Notes under the pieces: generated by a model
What the model saw: the letters and a program-made list of their open reading frames with translations, nothing else
The model's database searches: none
What the model was told of the DNA's origin: nothing
Shown: one piece after another, positions 1 through 7,980 of the stretch
Layout: each line of letters opens with the position of its first letter
Numbering within the stretch: position 1 is the stretch's first letter
Program-made: the position numbers and the translations under genes
Source: Candidatus Staskawiczbacteria bacterium RIFCSPHIGHO2_02_FULL_43_16
GTDB taxonomy: Bacteria; Patescibacteriota; Minisyncoccia; Minisyncoccales; Staskawiczbacteraceae
DNA length: 53,807 bases
Assembly: GCA_001821935.1 (NCBI GenBank)
Contig: MHOU01000008.1
Span: forward strand, 1 to 53,807
Reading direction: 5' to 3'

Positions 1-1
1 C

Positions 2-223
2 CCCCGTCAAAAGACCCAGGACCACTTCACCGGCCAAGAGCTGATCGCCATCATCAAATCCTTGGACGACAAGTATAAAGACGTCATCTTACTCAAATAC
101 CTAGACGATCTTTCCACCAAAGAAATCGCTCTTGTGCTCAACGAAACCGAAAACAACATTTACGTGCGTTTGAGCCGGGGATTGGAAAAGGTGAAGGAAA
201 TCATAAAACACCAAGAAAATTAA
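2..223 (+). CDS. ECF-type sigma-70 factor, C-terminal region 4 (partial, runs off left edge)
   Basis: Frame 2 reads ...LDDKYKDVILLKYLDDLSTKEIALVLNETENNIYVRLSRGLEKVKE, a typical sigma region 4 HTH; stop at 221-223. Confidence 0.85.
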   Translation, partial: PRQKTQDHFTGQELIAIIKSLDDKYKDVILLKYLDDLSTKEIALVLNETENNIYVRLSRGLEKVKEIIKHQEN

Positions 224-226
224 TTT

Positions 227-1339
227 ATGATAGATAATACAGAGCAAAAATTACGAAACATAATACATTCCTCAAAAAAGGAGTCTTTGTTGCCTTCAGA
301 AAAAGAGGTGATAAAATCCAATCTCCTTCATTTTATTAAGCAAAACCCCATCAAAGAAAAACGGGAGTTTTTCCATTGGCCCGCGGTTTTCATGTCTATG
401 GCTAACGCGCCGACCGTGCGGTATGTTTCTTTGGTAGCCATGGTGTTGGTGGTAGGTGGTGGTTCAGTTGCTTTTGCCGCCCAAAATTCACAGCCGGGAG
501 AGTTTTTGTATTCGGTAAAAACCGGAGTGAGTGAAAAAGTGCTGGCCTTCACGTTGTTTTCTCCAAAAGCCAAGGCGGAGTTTCAAATTAACCTGGCCCA
601 GCTGCGGCTTGAAGAATTGGAAACCATAGCTTATCAAAATAAATTAGACGGCAAAAACAGCGCCAAGGTGCAAGCCCTGCTTAATAACCACGTGGAAGAT
701 GTGAAAAAAAGGGTTTCCAGTTTGAATGGCCAAGACAAGTCAAAAATTTCCGTGGAAATTAATTCTCGACTTGAAGCATCGCTCAATGCCCATGCTAAGG
801 TGTTGGGAGAATTGTCGGGCAAGGATAACAATTCGTCAGAAGGTTTGAAGAATATTTTGGATGACGTTACCGGTAAGGCCGCCCAAAGTGCCGCATCTCG
901 CCAAAGCGGTGAGTTAACGCTGGTAGTTGAAAAGTCAAATGGTTTTGCAAAGGCTTCGGAAGGAAAATTAAAGGCGGCCCAGCAGGCAATTAACGTTTCG
1001 GCCAGTTTGGTGGCCAGCAAGCAAGAAAACCTGAGCGCCCAGGTTTTTGCCAAGGCCCAAGCTGATTTGGATGTGGCGCGCCAGCATATTGTGGAAGGCC
1101 AAAAGGAAATGGTGATCGGTGAATATGCCAAAGCATTTATCTTTTTTCAGAATGCCTTGCGCCAAGCCCAGGAAGTGAAAATTTATATTTCCAATGAATC
1201 AAAACTGGAATTACATTTTAATTTGCAAGGATCTTTGCTTGCACCTATTAGGCAGCAAATGGAAGGCGGTGGACAAAAAAATGATATTGATGTTAAGATA
1301 GATATTGACAATAAGTTAAATATTATTAATAAGCAGTAA
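227..1339 (+). CDS. DUF5667-type membrane-anchored protein, putative anti-sigma factor
   Basis: Single TM followed by AAQNSQPGEFLYSVKTGVSEKV motif; directly after the ECF sigma gene. Confidence 0.65.
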   Translation: MIDNTEQKLRNIIHSSKKESLLPSEKEVIKSNLLHFIKQNPIKEKREFFHWPAVFMSMANAPTVRYVSLVAMVLVVGGGSVAFAAQNSQPGEFLYSVKTGVSEKVLAFTLFSPKAKAEFQINLAQLRLEELETIAYQNKLDGKNSAKVQALLNNHVEDVKKRVSSLNGQDKSKISVEINSRLEASLNAHAKVLGELSGKDNNSSEGLKNILDDVTGKAAQSAASRQSGELTLVVEKSNGFAKASEGKLKAAQQAINVSASLVASKQENLSAQVFAKAQADLDVARQHIVEGQKEMVIGEYAKAFIFFQNALRQAQEVKIYISNESKLELHFNLQGSLLAPIRQQMEGGGQKNDIDVKIDIDNKLNIINKQ

Positions 1340-1343
1340 AACC

Positions 1344-1679
1344 ATGGATAATGTGCCCTTGAAAGTGCAGCGCTTCACGTATGATATTATTTATTATGTA
1401 CTGTGGATCATAGAAATAACCTTGTTTTTACGGTTCGCGCTAAAGCTTTTGGCGGCCAACCCGGCCAATGAAATTGTGGCATTTTTATACTCAATCAGCC
1501 TGGTGTTGATTGGCCCGTTTGACGGAATGTTCGGCACCTCCATGGTGGGCAATATGGTGCTGGAACCATCGGTGTTAATTGCCATGGTGTTTTACGCCTT
1601 GGTGGGATATGCTTTGGTTTCATTGGTGAAAGTGATTAGCGGGTTTCACAATAGCCCCCCGCCGCACTCATCCATATAA
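1344..1679 (+). CDS. YggT-family membrane protein
   Basis: LRFALKLLAANP...FLYSISLVLIGPFDGMF pattern; hydrophobic. Confidence 0.7.
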   Translation: MDNVPLKVQRFTYDIIYYVLWIIEITLFLRFALKLLAANPANEIVAFLYSISLVLIGPFDGMFGTSMVGNMVLEPSVLIAMVFYALVGYALVSLVKVISGFHNSPPPHSSI

Positions 1680-1681
1680 TA

Positions 1682-1852
1682 CCTTGAATTACGAAATGCC
1701 TTATGAAAAAACGAGTTTCAGGTCTTTCCCCCAAATTTCAACGGAAAATGCGCAATAATTCCAAAACGTAGCTTGCTACGTTTTGGAATTCTATCGCATT
1801 TTCGTTTGGGAAATTTGGGAAAAATCCCATGAAAGCATTTCGTAATTCAAGG
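1682..1852. repeat. Long palindromic MITE-like element with 18-bp perfect terminal inverted repeats
   Basis: CCTTGAATTACGAAATGC ... GCATTTCGTAATTCAAGG with nested internal palindrome; related copy at 50206-50285. Confidence 0.8.
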
Positions 1853-1932
1853 CATATTTTTTAAAAGCCGTCCCCATACGAATGGGGCGGTTTTTTGTTG
1901 TAAGGAACAAAAATGCCAGGCGTCTTATAGGT

Positions 1933-2316
1933 ATGAAAACAAACACTGTATCTTTTTTAACGCTGGGGATATTGTTTTTTTCGGCAATGTTTTTTGCGGG
2001 GGTAAGTCCGGTTGATGCTGCCATGCCGGCTGCCAGCCAACTGGTAAGTATGGAAACCCACAGTACCGACCTTAATGTTTACGACCAGGCCTATCCAGCC
2101 ACACTGATGCCCCAAGCAGAAGGAGGTTACGGATTCCCCTGGCTTTCGCTCAATGAAGTCATGTTGGCATTTTCCGTGGCAGCCGCGCTGGCAGGCGGCT
2201 TATTTTTGCTGTACCTGATAGCAGATTTTTTTACAGACCATGATAAAAAGCGCGCGGTCAGGATGCATTCGCATTCTTCGTTGATGCACCGGCACATAAC
2301 CCCCAAGCACCGATAA
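1933..2316 (+). CDS. Hypothetical membrane protein (signal peptide plus C-terminal TM)
   Basis: ORF, probable start at ATG 1933; two hydrophobic segments. Confidence 0.55.
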   Translation: MKTNTVSFLTLGILFFSAMFFAGVSPVDAAMPAASQLVSMETHSTDLNVYDQAYPATLMPQAEGGYGFPWLSLNEVMLAFSVAAALAGGLFLLYLIADFFTDHDKKRAVRMHSHSSLMHRHITPKHR

Positions 2317-2351
2317 TGGTAGGGCCCTAAAGGTCGAAGGCCCGTACTCTA

Positions 2352-2468
2352 ATTCAAAATTAAAAAATCAAAAATCAAAATGACAATTCAAAATTAAAAA
2401 TGGAGTGAGTGCAAGTAATTTTACATTTTACACTGTCATTTTACATTTTGATATTTGCATTTTGCATT
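2352..2468. repeat. Inverted cluster of ~7-bp AT-rich units (CAAAATT/TTTTGCA type)
   Basis: A-rich arm followed by a complementary T-rich arm; same style at 9594-9725 and 41056-41140. Confidence 0.6.
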
Positions 2469-2475
2469 AACTTTT

Positions 2476-3237
2476 ATGAATAATAAAGGACTCATTATAG
2501 GAATAATCGTGGTAGTGGTAGCAGCATTAATTGGCGGTTGGTGGTGGATGATGTCTGGCGCCAATACTGGCCAGATAAGCAACAACACCAACCAAACGGG
2601 CACGCAAAATACTAACAACGCCGAAGGAACGTTATACGTTAATTTCACCGATGCCGCGGTGAACATGGGCAATGTGAGCACGGTCAATATGACTGTGGAT
2701 AAAGTATATGTGCATAGTCAGACCCAGGGTTGGGTTACCGTTTCAACCACTCCCCAGACCTTCAGTTTGTTAGCCTTAAAAGCCGCCGGTAAAACCGCGG
2801 TCATGGCCAAAACCAACGTTAAAGCCGATACCTATGACCAGGTATGGTTTCATATAACAGCCGTAGCCATAACTGAAACCGGCAAAACCGCCAAGCAGGC
2901 TACGCTGCCTTCCGCTGATTTCAAAATGGCAGGCGCGGTAAAGGTGGTTAACGGAGCAAGTTCAACCGCTACGCTTGATGTGCTGGCTGACCAGTCAATT
3001 TACAAAACCGACAAGGGTGAATTTATTTTCGCCCCGGTAGTAGAATTTGAAGGACGCCAAAGCGCCACGGTTAATGTTGACGCCGACAACATGGCCACTA
3101 TTACCAATGGAATGGTGAATTCAAACACCACCGCCGGCATGGATATTAACGGAGAAGTGAAGGCTAATTTCAAATTAGACCTTAATTCAAAAATTGAAAT
3201 TAACGGGGGAGTGATAAGCGTTAAGAGTGTGATATAG
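2476..3237 (+). CDS. DUF4382-like exported protein
   Basis: N-terminal TM; GTLYVNFTDAA...VNMTVDKVYVH motif. Confidence 0.65.
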   Translation: MNNKGLIIGIIVVVVAALIGGWWWMMSGANTGQISNNTNQTGTQNTNNAEGTLYVNFTDAAVNMGNVSTVNMTVDKVYVHSQTQGWVTVSTTPQTFSLLALKAAGKTAVMAKTNVKADTYDQVWFHITAVAITETGKTAKQATLPSADFKMAGAVKVVNGASSTATLDVLADQSIYKTDKGEFIFAPVVEFEGRQSATVNVDADNMATITNGMVNSNTTAGMDINGEVKANFKLDLNSKIEINGGVISVKSVI

Positions 3238-3239
3238 AA

Positions 3240-3400
3240 AGCGCGGAAAAAACGCGGAATCTTACGCCCAAAAACGCGGAAATGATTCTGCGTTTTTGTT
3301 TCCAATAAGTTTGCTTTTTTTTCCGAAAAAATACACAATTACATCGTATTATTGTTTTCTGCGTCATTCTGCGTAAATTTCCGCGGAGTTCCGCGGGTCG
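3240..3400. repeat. ACGCGGA/TCCGCG inverted repeat cluster
   Basis: Repeated ACGCGGAA units then TTC(C/T)GCG units; similar clusters at 31983-32070 and 41765-41812. Confidence 0.65.
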
Positions 3401-3406
3401 CGCCAT

Positions 3407-4870
3407 ATGCTAACTAAAACCGATTTTATGAATTACCTGGAATGCCCCATGTATTTGTGGCTTTCCAAAAACCGGCCGGAATTGTTGCCGGAAGATGACG
3501 CCGAAAAAGAGCGGATTTTGGCGGCGGGGCGCGAGGTGGACGAATTTGCCAAAAAGTTATTTCCCAAAGCAATAGAAATCAAAGGCTATAACGAAATTGG
3601 TTTTGAACAGACCCAAAAAGCCCTGGCCCAAAATCCCAAGGCGCTGTTTCAGCCCACTGCCGTGGCAGGCGAATTGGCAGCCCGGGCCGATATTTTGGTT
3701 GCCGGCCAAACGCCCGGCACCTTTGACATCAATGAAGTAAAAATGGCCACCAAGGTAAAAAAGGAATATCTGTATGACTTGGGATTCCAAAAAATCTGTT
3801 TTGAAGGCGCGGGCATACAAATCGGCCGATTAAAGTTGGTGCATATTAACGGCAACTATGTGCGCCACGGCGAAATTAACCCCAGCCAGCTGTTTGACAT
3901 TGAAGATATTACGGAAGATGTTAACGAAAAACTGCCCCAGATACAAGATGAAATTCAGCGCGCGCTAAAAATCATTAATCTAAAAGAAGAGCCCAGTGTT
4001 ACTTTGATTAATTCTTGCGCCAACCCCAAATACTGCGATTATATAGAACATTATTCTAAAATATCCGAAGATATTTTTCCGTTAGCCGAAAACATTCAAA
4101 TGCCGCACCTGTTGCACTTGTTGGAGCGTGAAATTTTAGACCACAAAAAAGTGCCCGCCACGCTGTTGGGAAAAATCGGGTTTGAACCGCCGGTGGAATT
4201 TACCAATATAAATACCGAAGGCATAAAACGCGAATTGGCAAAACTGCAATACCCGCTTTACTTTTTTGATTATGAAACTTACAACTGTGCTATTCCGCCG
4301 TTTGACGGCACCACGCCTTATCAGCAAATTCCGTTTCAATATTCACTGCATATCCAAGACGCGCCGGGTGCCCAGCTGCGCCATGCTGATTTTTTAGCCC
4401 AGACCTTTGAAAACCCCATTCCCGGTTTGTTGGAACATTTGCAAAAAGACATGGGCTCCAAAGGCAGCGTGATTGTTTGGTTCGCGCCGTTTGAAACGGG
4501 GCGCAATAAAGAAATGGCTCTGGGAAATCCGGAATTTGCCCAACTGTTGAATTCCATCAATGAACGGATGTTTGACTTGATGGTCATTTTTAAATTTAAA
4601 AATCAGCTGTACACCAAAAGCGAATTTAAAAAACTAGCTTCGTTAAAAGTTATTTTGCCGGTGCTGTGCCCGGAGCTTTCGTACAAAGATTTGGCTATTC
4701 AAGAAGGGGGGACAGCTTCCGCCAGTTGGCCTATTATGACTAACCCGCAAACTCCGCCCAGCGAGCGCGAACGGCTCAAACATGACATGGTTGAATACTG
4801 CAAGCGCGACACCTTGGCCATGGCGGCGATATTGGAGAGGGTGCGAGCAGACCTTGACATAGTTGTGTAA
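3407..4870 (+). CDS. DUF2779-type protein: PD-(D/E)XK (Cas4/RecB-like) nuclease fused to DnaQ/RNase H-like exonuclease
   Basis: CPMYLW, RADIL..INEVK, FFDYET and YCKRDT motifs. Confidence 0.75.
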   Translation: MLTKTDFMNYLECPMYLWLSKNRPELLPEDDAEKERILAAGREVDEFAKKLFPKAIEIKGYNEIGFEQTQKALAQNPKALFQPTAVAGELAARADILVAGQTPGTFDINEVKMATKVKKEYLYDLGFQKICFEGAGIQIGRLKLVHINGNYVRHGEINPSQLFDIEDITEDVNEKLPQIQDEIQRALKIINLKEEPSVTLINSCANPKYCDYIEHYSKISEDIFPLAENIQMPHLLHLLEREILDHKKVPATLLGKIGFEPPVEFTNINTEGIKRELAKLQYPLYFFDYETYNCAIPPFDGTTPYQQIPFQYSLHIQDAPGAQLRHADFLAQTFENPIPGLLEHLQKDMGSKGSVIVWFAPFETGRNKEMALGNPEFAQLLNSINERMFDLMVIFKFKNQLYTKSEFKKLASLKVILPVLCPELSYKDLAIQEGGTASASWPIMTNPQTPPSERERLKHDMVEYCKRDTLAMAAILERVRADLDIVV

Positions 4871-4882
4871 ATAATACATAAT
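4854..4882 (+). promoter_or_regulatory. Sigma-70 promoter of the effector gene
   Basis: TTGACA(4854)-17 bp-CATAAT(4877); SD AAGGAG at 4922-4927 before GTG 4935. Confidence 0.7.
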
Positions 4883-4934
4883 AGGAGACGTTTACAGTAC
4901 CTTACACTATCAACATTTCACAAGGAGTTTTTCC

Positions 4935-6383
4935 GTGAAAAACACCAAAGAAGAAAAGTGGATGCAGACGTATTGCTTCGATCTGACAGATGAGGAGTTC
5001 GGCGCGGAAAATATCCGCCTGGCGACGCACATCAGCGATAGCCTGGTGCCACTTTTTAATGAAGTTCTTCTGCAAGTTCTCAAGGGTGACGAAACCATCA
5101 AGGAGTTAAAGCAGGAGGTGAAACTACGTGGCAGAGCGCTCAAGCAAAAGGCTAAGGAGGCGCAGATGGAAGATTTGTGGGACAGGGAAAACAACGAGAT
5201 TGACGACGAAGAGTGGCTGGAAAGGGGATATGACCAAGAGGTTATCAAAGAGCATCGTGACTACGTTGACGAAATAGCAAAGCTATATTCGGAAAACAAA
5301 GTCACGGCCTTTGATCACAACTACCACTACGCCCAAGAAAATCTAGAGGCAATTGGTTGCACCGCACCGTACGTTAATATCTCTGCTGGACTTCGCCGTG
5401 GCGCCATTAAAAACTGCCACGGGGCAGTGGATTCATGGCGTAAGCATTTGGCGACGGGCGATTACAAGTCCAAGCCGCCCGGTCAGCAAGAGGTTGGCAA
5501 GTTTTATATGCTTCGGTGCGAACCTGGGTGCGCTGTCACCAAAGATCGTAAAAACGTGCGCATCAGTCTTGGAGATCGCAAGTCCAGCCCGGTGTTTGAG
5601 CTGCCTGGGCTTGATAATTCCAAAAACAAACCCCTGCACATGCTTTTGCGTTCTGATGCGAAGGTGAAAAGTTTTACTTTGAGCCGCCGTTCAGCTCGCA
5701 ACCCTGACAAAAAAGAGTCGGACTTGCAAAAGCCCGGCGTGTGGCGCATTTCAATTAATTTCGAATTGCCTTTGCCAGAGAAAAAGCCCGCGACTGAATA
5801 CAATACGGTGGCGTTGGTTATCGGGTCAAACTACCTTGGGGTGGCATTACATGATTCGGAGAGAAACTTTCCTTTGAATCTGCCATTGCCTCACAAGCAC
5901 TGGTTCCCGATTATTGGCGACATTGAGGGTCGGGCAAACGTTCCTTGGCGGAAGAAAGGGAGTAAAAAGTGGCGGCGAAAAATGTTTGGCGTCCAGAAAA
6001 AGCATTCTGGCGGCCGGCAGGCCTGCTACAGATACATGGCTCGCCAGCAAAAACAAGGCGAGTACGAAACCATTGCCGATCACCTGATTGGCTGTGGTGT
6101 TCACTTTGTGGTGAGCAAACCTTCAATCAACCATCCAAAAGGTTTGGCTGATGCTTCTGCTCCTGACCGCGGAGGTGATACCGGTCCCAACCGCATCATC
6201 TCTAGCACCGGTGTTAATTCGCTCGTGTTAAAGCTCAAGCAGAAAGTGAAGGAGTTTGGCGGGTCGGTCACAGAAATGGAAGCGCCACCGTTGCCCGAAC
6301 GATTTCGTTTTTGGGACAGCGGCCCCAAAAAAGTGATCGTTGCCCAGTTGTTGAGAAATCAATATCTGGCGCAAAAAAAATAA
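4935..6383 (+). CDS. TnpB/Cas12-like CRISPR-associated protein, predicted nuclease-dead
   Basis: TnpB-like blocks (QTYCFDL, VKSFTLSR..GVWRISINFE, KKGSKKWRR, NRIISSTG..LKQKVKEFG); RuvC-I reads VALVIG (D>V295), RuvC-II reads FVVSK (E>S394); no Zn finger or RuvC-III; next to cas1 and array. Confidence 0.8.
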   Translation: MKNTKEEKWMQTYCFDLTDEEFGAENIRLATHISDSLVPLFNEVLLQVLKGDETIKELKQEVKLRGRALKQKAKEAQMEDLWDRENNEIDDEEWLERGYDQEVIKEHRDYVDEIAKLYSENKVTAFDHNYHYAQENLEAIGCTAPYVNISAGLRRGAIKNCHGAVDSWRKHLATGDYKSKPPGQQEVGKFYMLRCEPGCAVTKDRKNVRISLGDRKSSPVFELPGLDNSKNKPLHMLLRSDAKVKSFTLSRRSARNPDKKESDLQKPGVWRISINFELPLPEKKPATEYNTVALVIGSNYLGVALHDSERNFPLNLPLPHKHWFPIIGDIEGRANVPWRKKGSKKWRRKMFGVQKKHSGGRQACYRYMARQQKQGEYETIADHLIGCGVHFVVSKPSINHPKGLADASAPDRGGDTGPNRIISSTGVNSLVLKLKQKVKEFGGSVTEMEAPPLPERFRFWDSGPKKVIVAQLLRNQYLAQKK

Positions 6384-6388
6384 CTCAG

Positions 6389-6425
6389 GCCGTCCCGGTA
6401 CACCTGTATCGCGGACGGCATTTTT
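6389..6425 (+). terminator. Intrinsic terminator after the effector gene
   Basis: GCCGTCC-CGGTACA..TGTATCG-CGGACGGC hairpin followed by ATTTTT. Confidence 0.7.
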
Positions 6426-6439
6426 GTTACACTATAACT

Positions 6440-7171
6440 ATGAATGCCATTTGGTTAACTCATATTTCCAATTACCAAAAAACCGCACATGCTTTTGCTT
6501 CGGCTGAAAAGATTATGAATGTAAAAAACCAGCGGCGTGAATTACTCATGCAAAGGTATGGCACTCTGTTACCCAAAATACGTTTGGCAGATTATCATAA
6601 TAACCAAGAAATTATGTTAGCCGAAGGCCGCACCGCCCAAATATTTTGGAAAAAGTTTTCTTTGCTGTTGCCAAGATGGTGCAGCTTTCGTTCAAGATAC
6701 CCAGGGTCAGATGATCTGGTTAATCGATTACTAGATTTGGGCTACCATCAAATTACTAATGCTATCAGGAAAATCCTTGAAAAGTATGATATTTCGTCAG
6801 CGCTAGGAATTTTGCATGTTGCTCGCAAAACAACCAGCGCTCCACTGGCGTATGATTTGGTAGAAATGTTCCGGGCGGATATTGTGGAAGTGGAAGTCTT
6901 AAGATTTTTGCGCATGAAAAAACAGCCATTGGAAGAGCTGCGCCAAAAAGATATTGCTATTTTTTTATACAGAATTAATCACCGCCTTAATCATAGGTAT
7001 TTTATTAAATCGTTCAAGCAATGCCAAACCTACCGCTATTATATGGAATTACAAATCTTAAAATTTATCAAAGCGGTAAACCATAAAGAAGTTTTTTCTC
7101 CAATTTATTTACCTATTCGTCATGATACAAGATGTACTAAGGGAGTATGTTTTCATGACAAAAAAACTTGA
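6440..7171 (+). CDS. cas1: Short Cas1 (catalytic helical domain only, 243 aa)
   Basis: EGRTAQIFW, DLVNRLLDLGY, GILH, LAYDLVEMFR Cas1 motifs; TG-n-TACACT 6 nt before ATG 6440 supports this start. Confidence 0.85.
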   Translation: MNAIWLTHISNYQKTAHAFASAEKIMNVKNQRRELLMQRYGTLLPKIRLADYHNNQEIMLAEGRTAQIFWKKFSLLLPRWCSFRSRYPGSDDLVNRLLDLGYHQITNAIRKILEKYDISSALGILHVARKTTSAPLAYDLVEMFRADIVEVEVLRFLRMKKQPLEELRQKDIAIFLYRINHRLNHRYFIKSFKQCQTYRYYMELQILKFIKAVNHKEVFSPIYLPIRHDTRCTKGVCFHDKKT

Positions 7172-7197
7172 CAAATAAGGCGATGCCATGCTAAGCT
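7168..7197 (+). promoter_or_regulatory. Promoter for the CRISPR leader/array
   Basis: TTGACA(7168) and extended -10 TG-c-TAAGCT(7192). Confidence 0.55.
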
Positions 7198-7203
7198 CAA
7201 AAT

Positions 7204-7428
7204 AGCACATCATAGGAATATGAGAAAAGTACCCCTGTTCTTGGCAGTTCAGGAAGTATTTTTCTCACCAACTAGTGGTAGTCAGGATGATTACCTTCAA
7301 TCAATTGACAGGATGTATGCGCTGTAGCAGCGCCGCCTGGTCTTGAGCGGACCGGGATGAGGCCTTGTAAAATCTCCTTGCTTTCCTGCAAGGTTGAGGA
7401 AAAAAACACCCCCAGCTCATTTTTTCTT
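7204..7428 (+). ncRNA. Structured CRISPR leader; candidate tracr/scout-like RNA
   Basis: Hairpins at 7221-7267, 7277-7295, 7336-7356 and 7376-7393 between the promoter and repeat 1. Confidence 0.45.
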
Positions 7429-7955
7429 GTAGACGGGCCCTTGCCGACGACGGAGGGGGTTGGTTACTGAAGGGCAACTAGCCACAAATGTCCCATCTTG
7501 TAGACGGGCCCTTGCCGACGACGGAGGGGGTTGGTTACGATAACCGGTTCTGGGAATGAAATTTTTTCCAAGTAGACGGGCCCTTGCCGACGACGGAGGG
7601 GGTTGGTTACGAAAAACAGAACTTTTAGAGCCTCTCTGGTCTTGTAGACGGGCCCTTGCCGACGACGGAGGGGGTTGGTTACGGCAATAGACATGACAAA
7701 AAAAGCGATGATAAGTAGACGGGCCCTTGCCGACGACGGAGGGGGTTGGTTACTGGTCCACGAATGGGCCCTTTCTTAAACTTCGTAGACGGGCCCTTGC
7801 CGACGACGGAGGGGGTTGGTTACAAATAACGGCGACAAGAAAGTATTTTTAGCGGCGTAGACGGGCCCTTGCCGACGAAGACGGGGGTTGGCTACAACAC
7901 GGCCTTATCAATTTTCTTGGGCAAATGTAGACGGGCCCTTGCCGACGACGGAGGG
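7429..7955 (+). CRISPR. CRISPR array: 8 repeats (39 bp, GTAGACGGGCCCTTGCCGACGACGGAGGGGGTTGGTTAC), 7 spacers of 31-33 bp
   Basis: Repeats start at 7429, 7500, 7572, 7644, 7715, 7785, 7857 (4 mismatches) and 7927 (truncated to 29 bp); degenerate right end and downstream terminator indicate + orientation. Confidence 0.98.
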
Positions 7956-7980
7956 TCAAAACAAAAAACAAAAAACTGCC

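Noticed and set aside
4935-6383. Effector as an ordinary IS200/IS605 TnpB
   Set aside because: No tnpA or recognisable IS ends; catalytic residues absent; cas1 and array adjacent
6311-6439. Longer 286-aa Cas1 start
   Set aside because: Overlaps the effector gene and crosses its terminator; the extension has no Cas1-like character
7220-7327. 35-aa ORF in the leader as a possible cas2
   Set aside because: Too short, lacks the Cas2 YDI-type motif, and coincides with RNA hairpins
7468-7499. Spacer 1 as RpoC (KMGHLWL versus RMGHIEL)
   Set aside because: Mismatches at conserved positions; the HicB-like frame fits better
7464-7694. 76-aa minus-strand ORF with repeated VTNPLRRRQGPVY
   Set aside because: Translation of CRISPR repeats and spacers, not a gene
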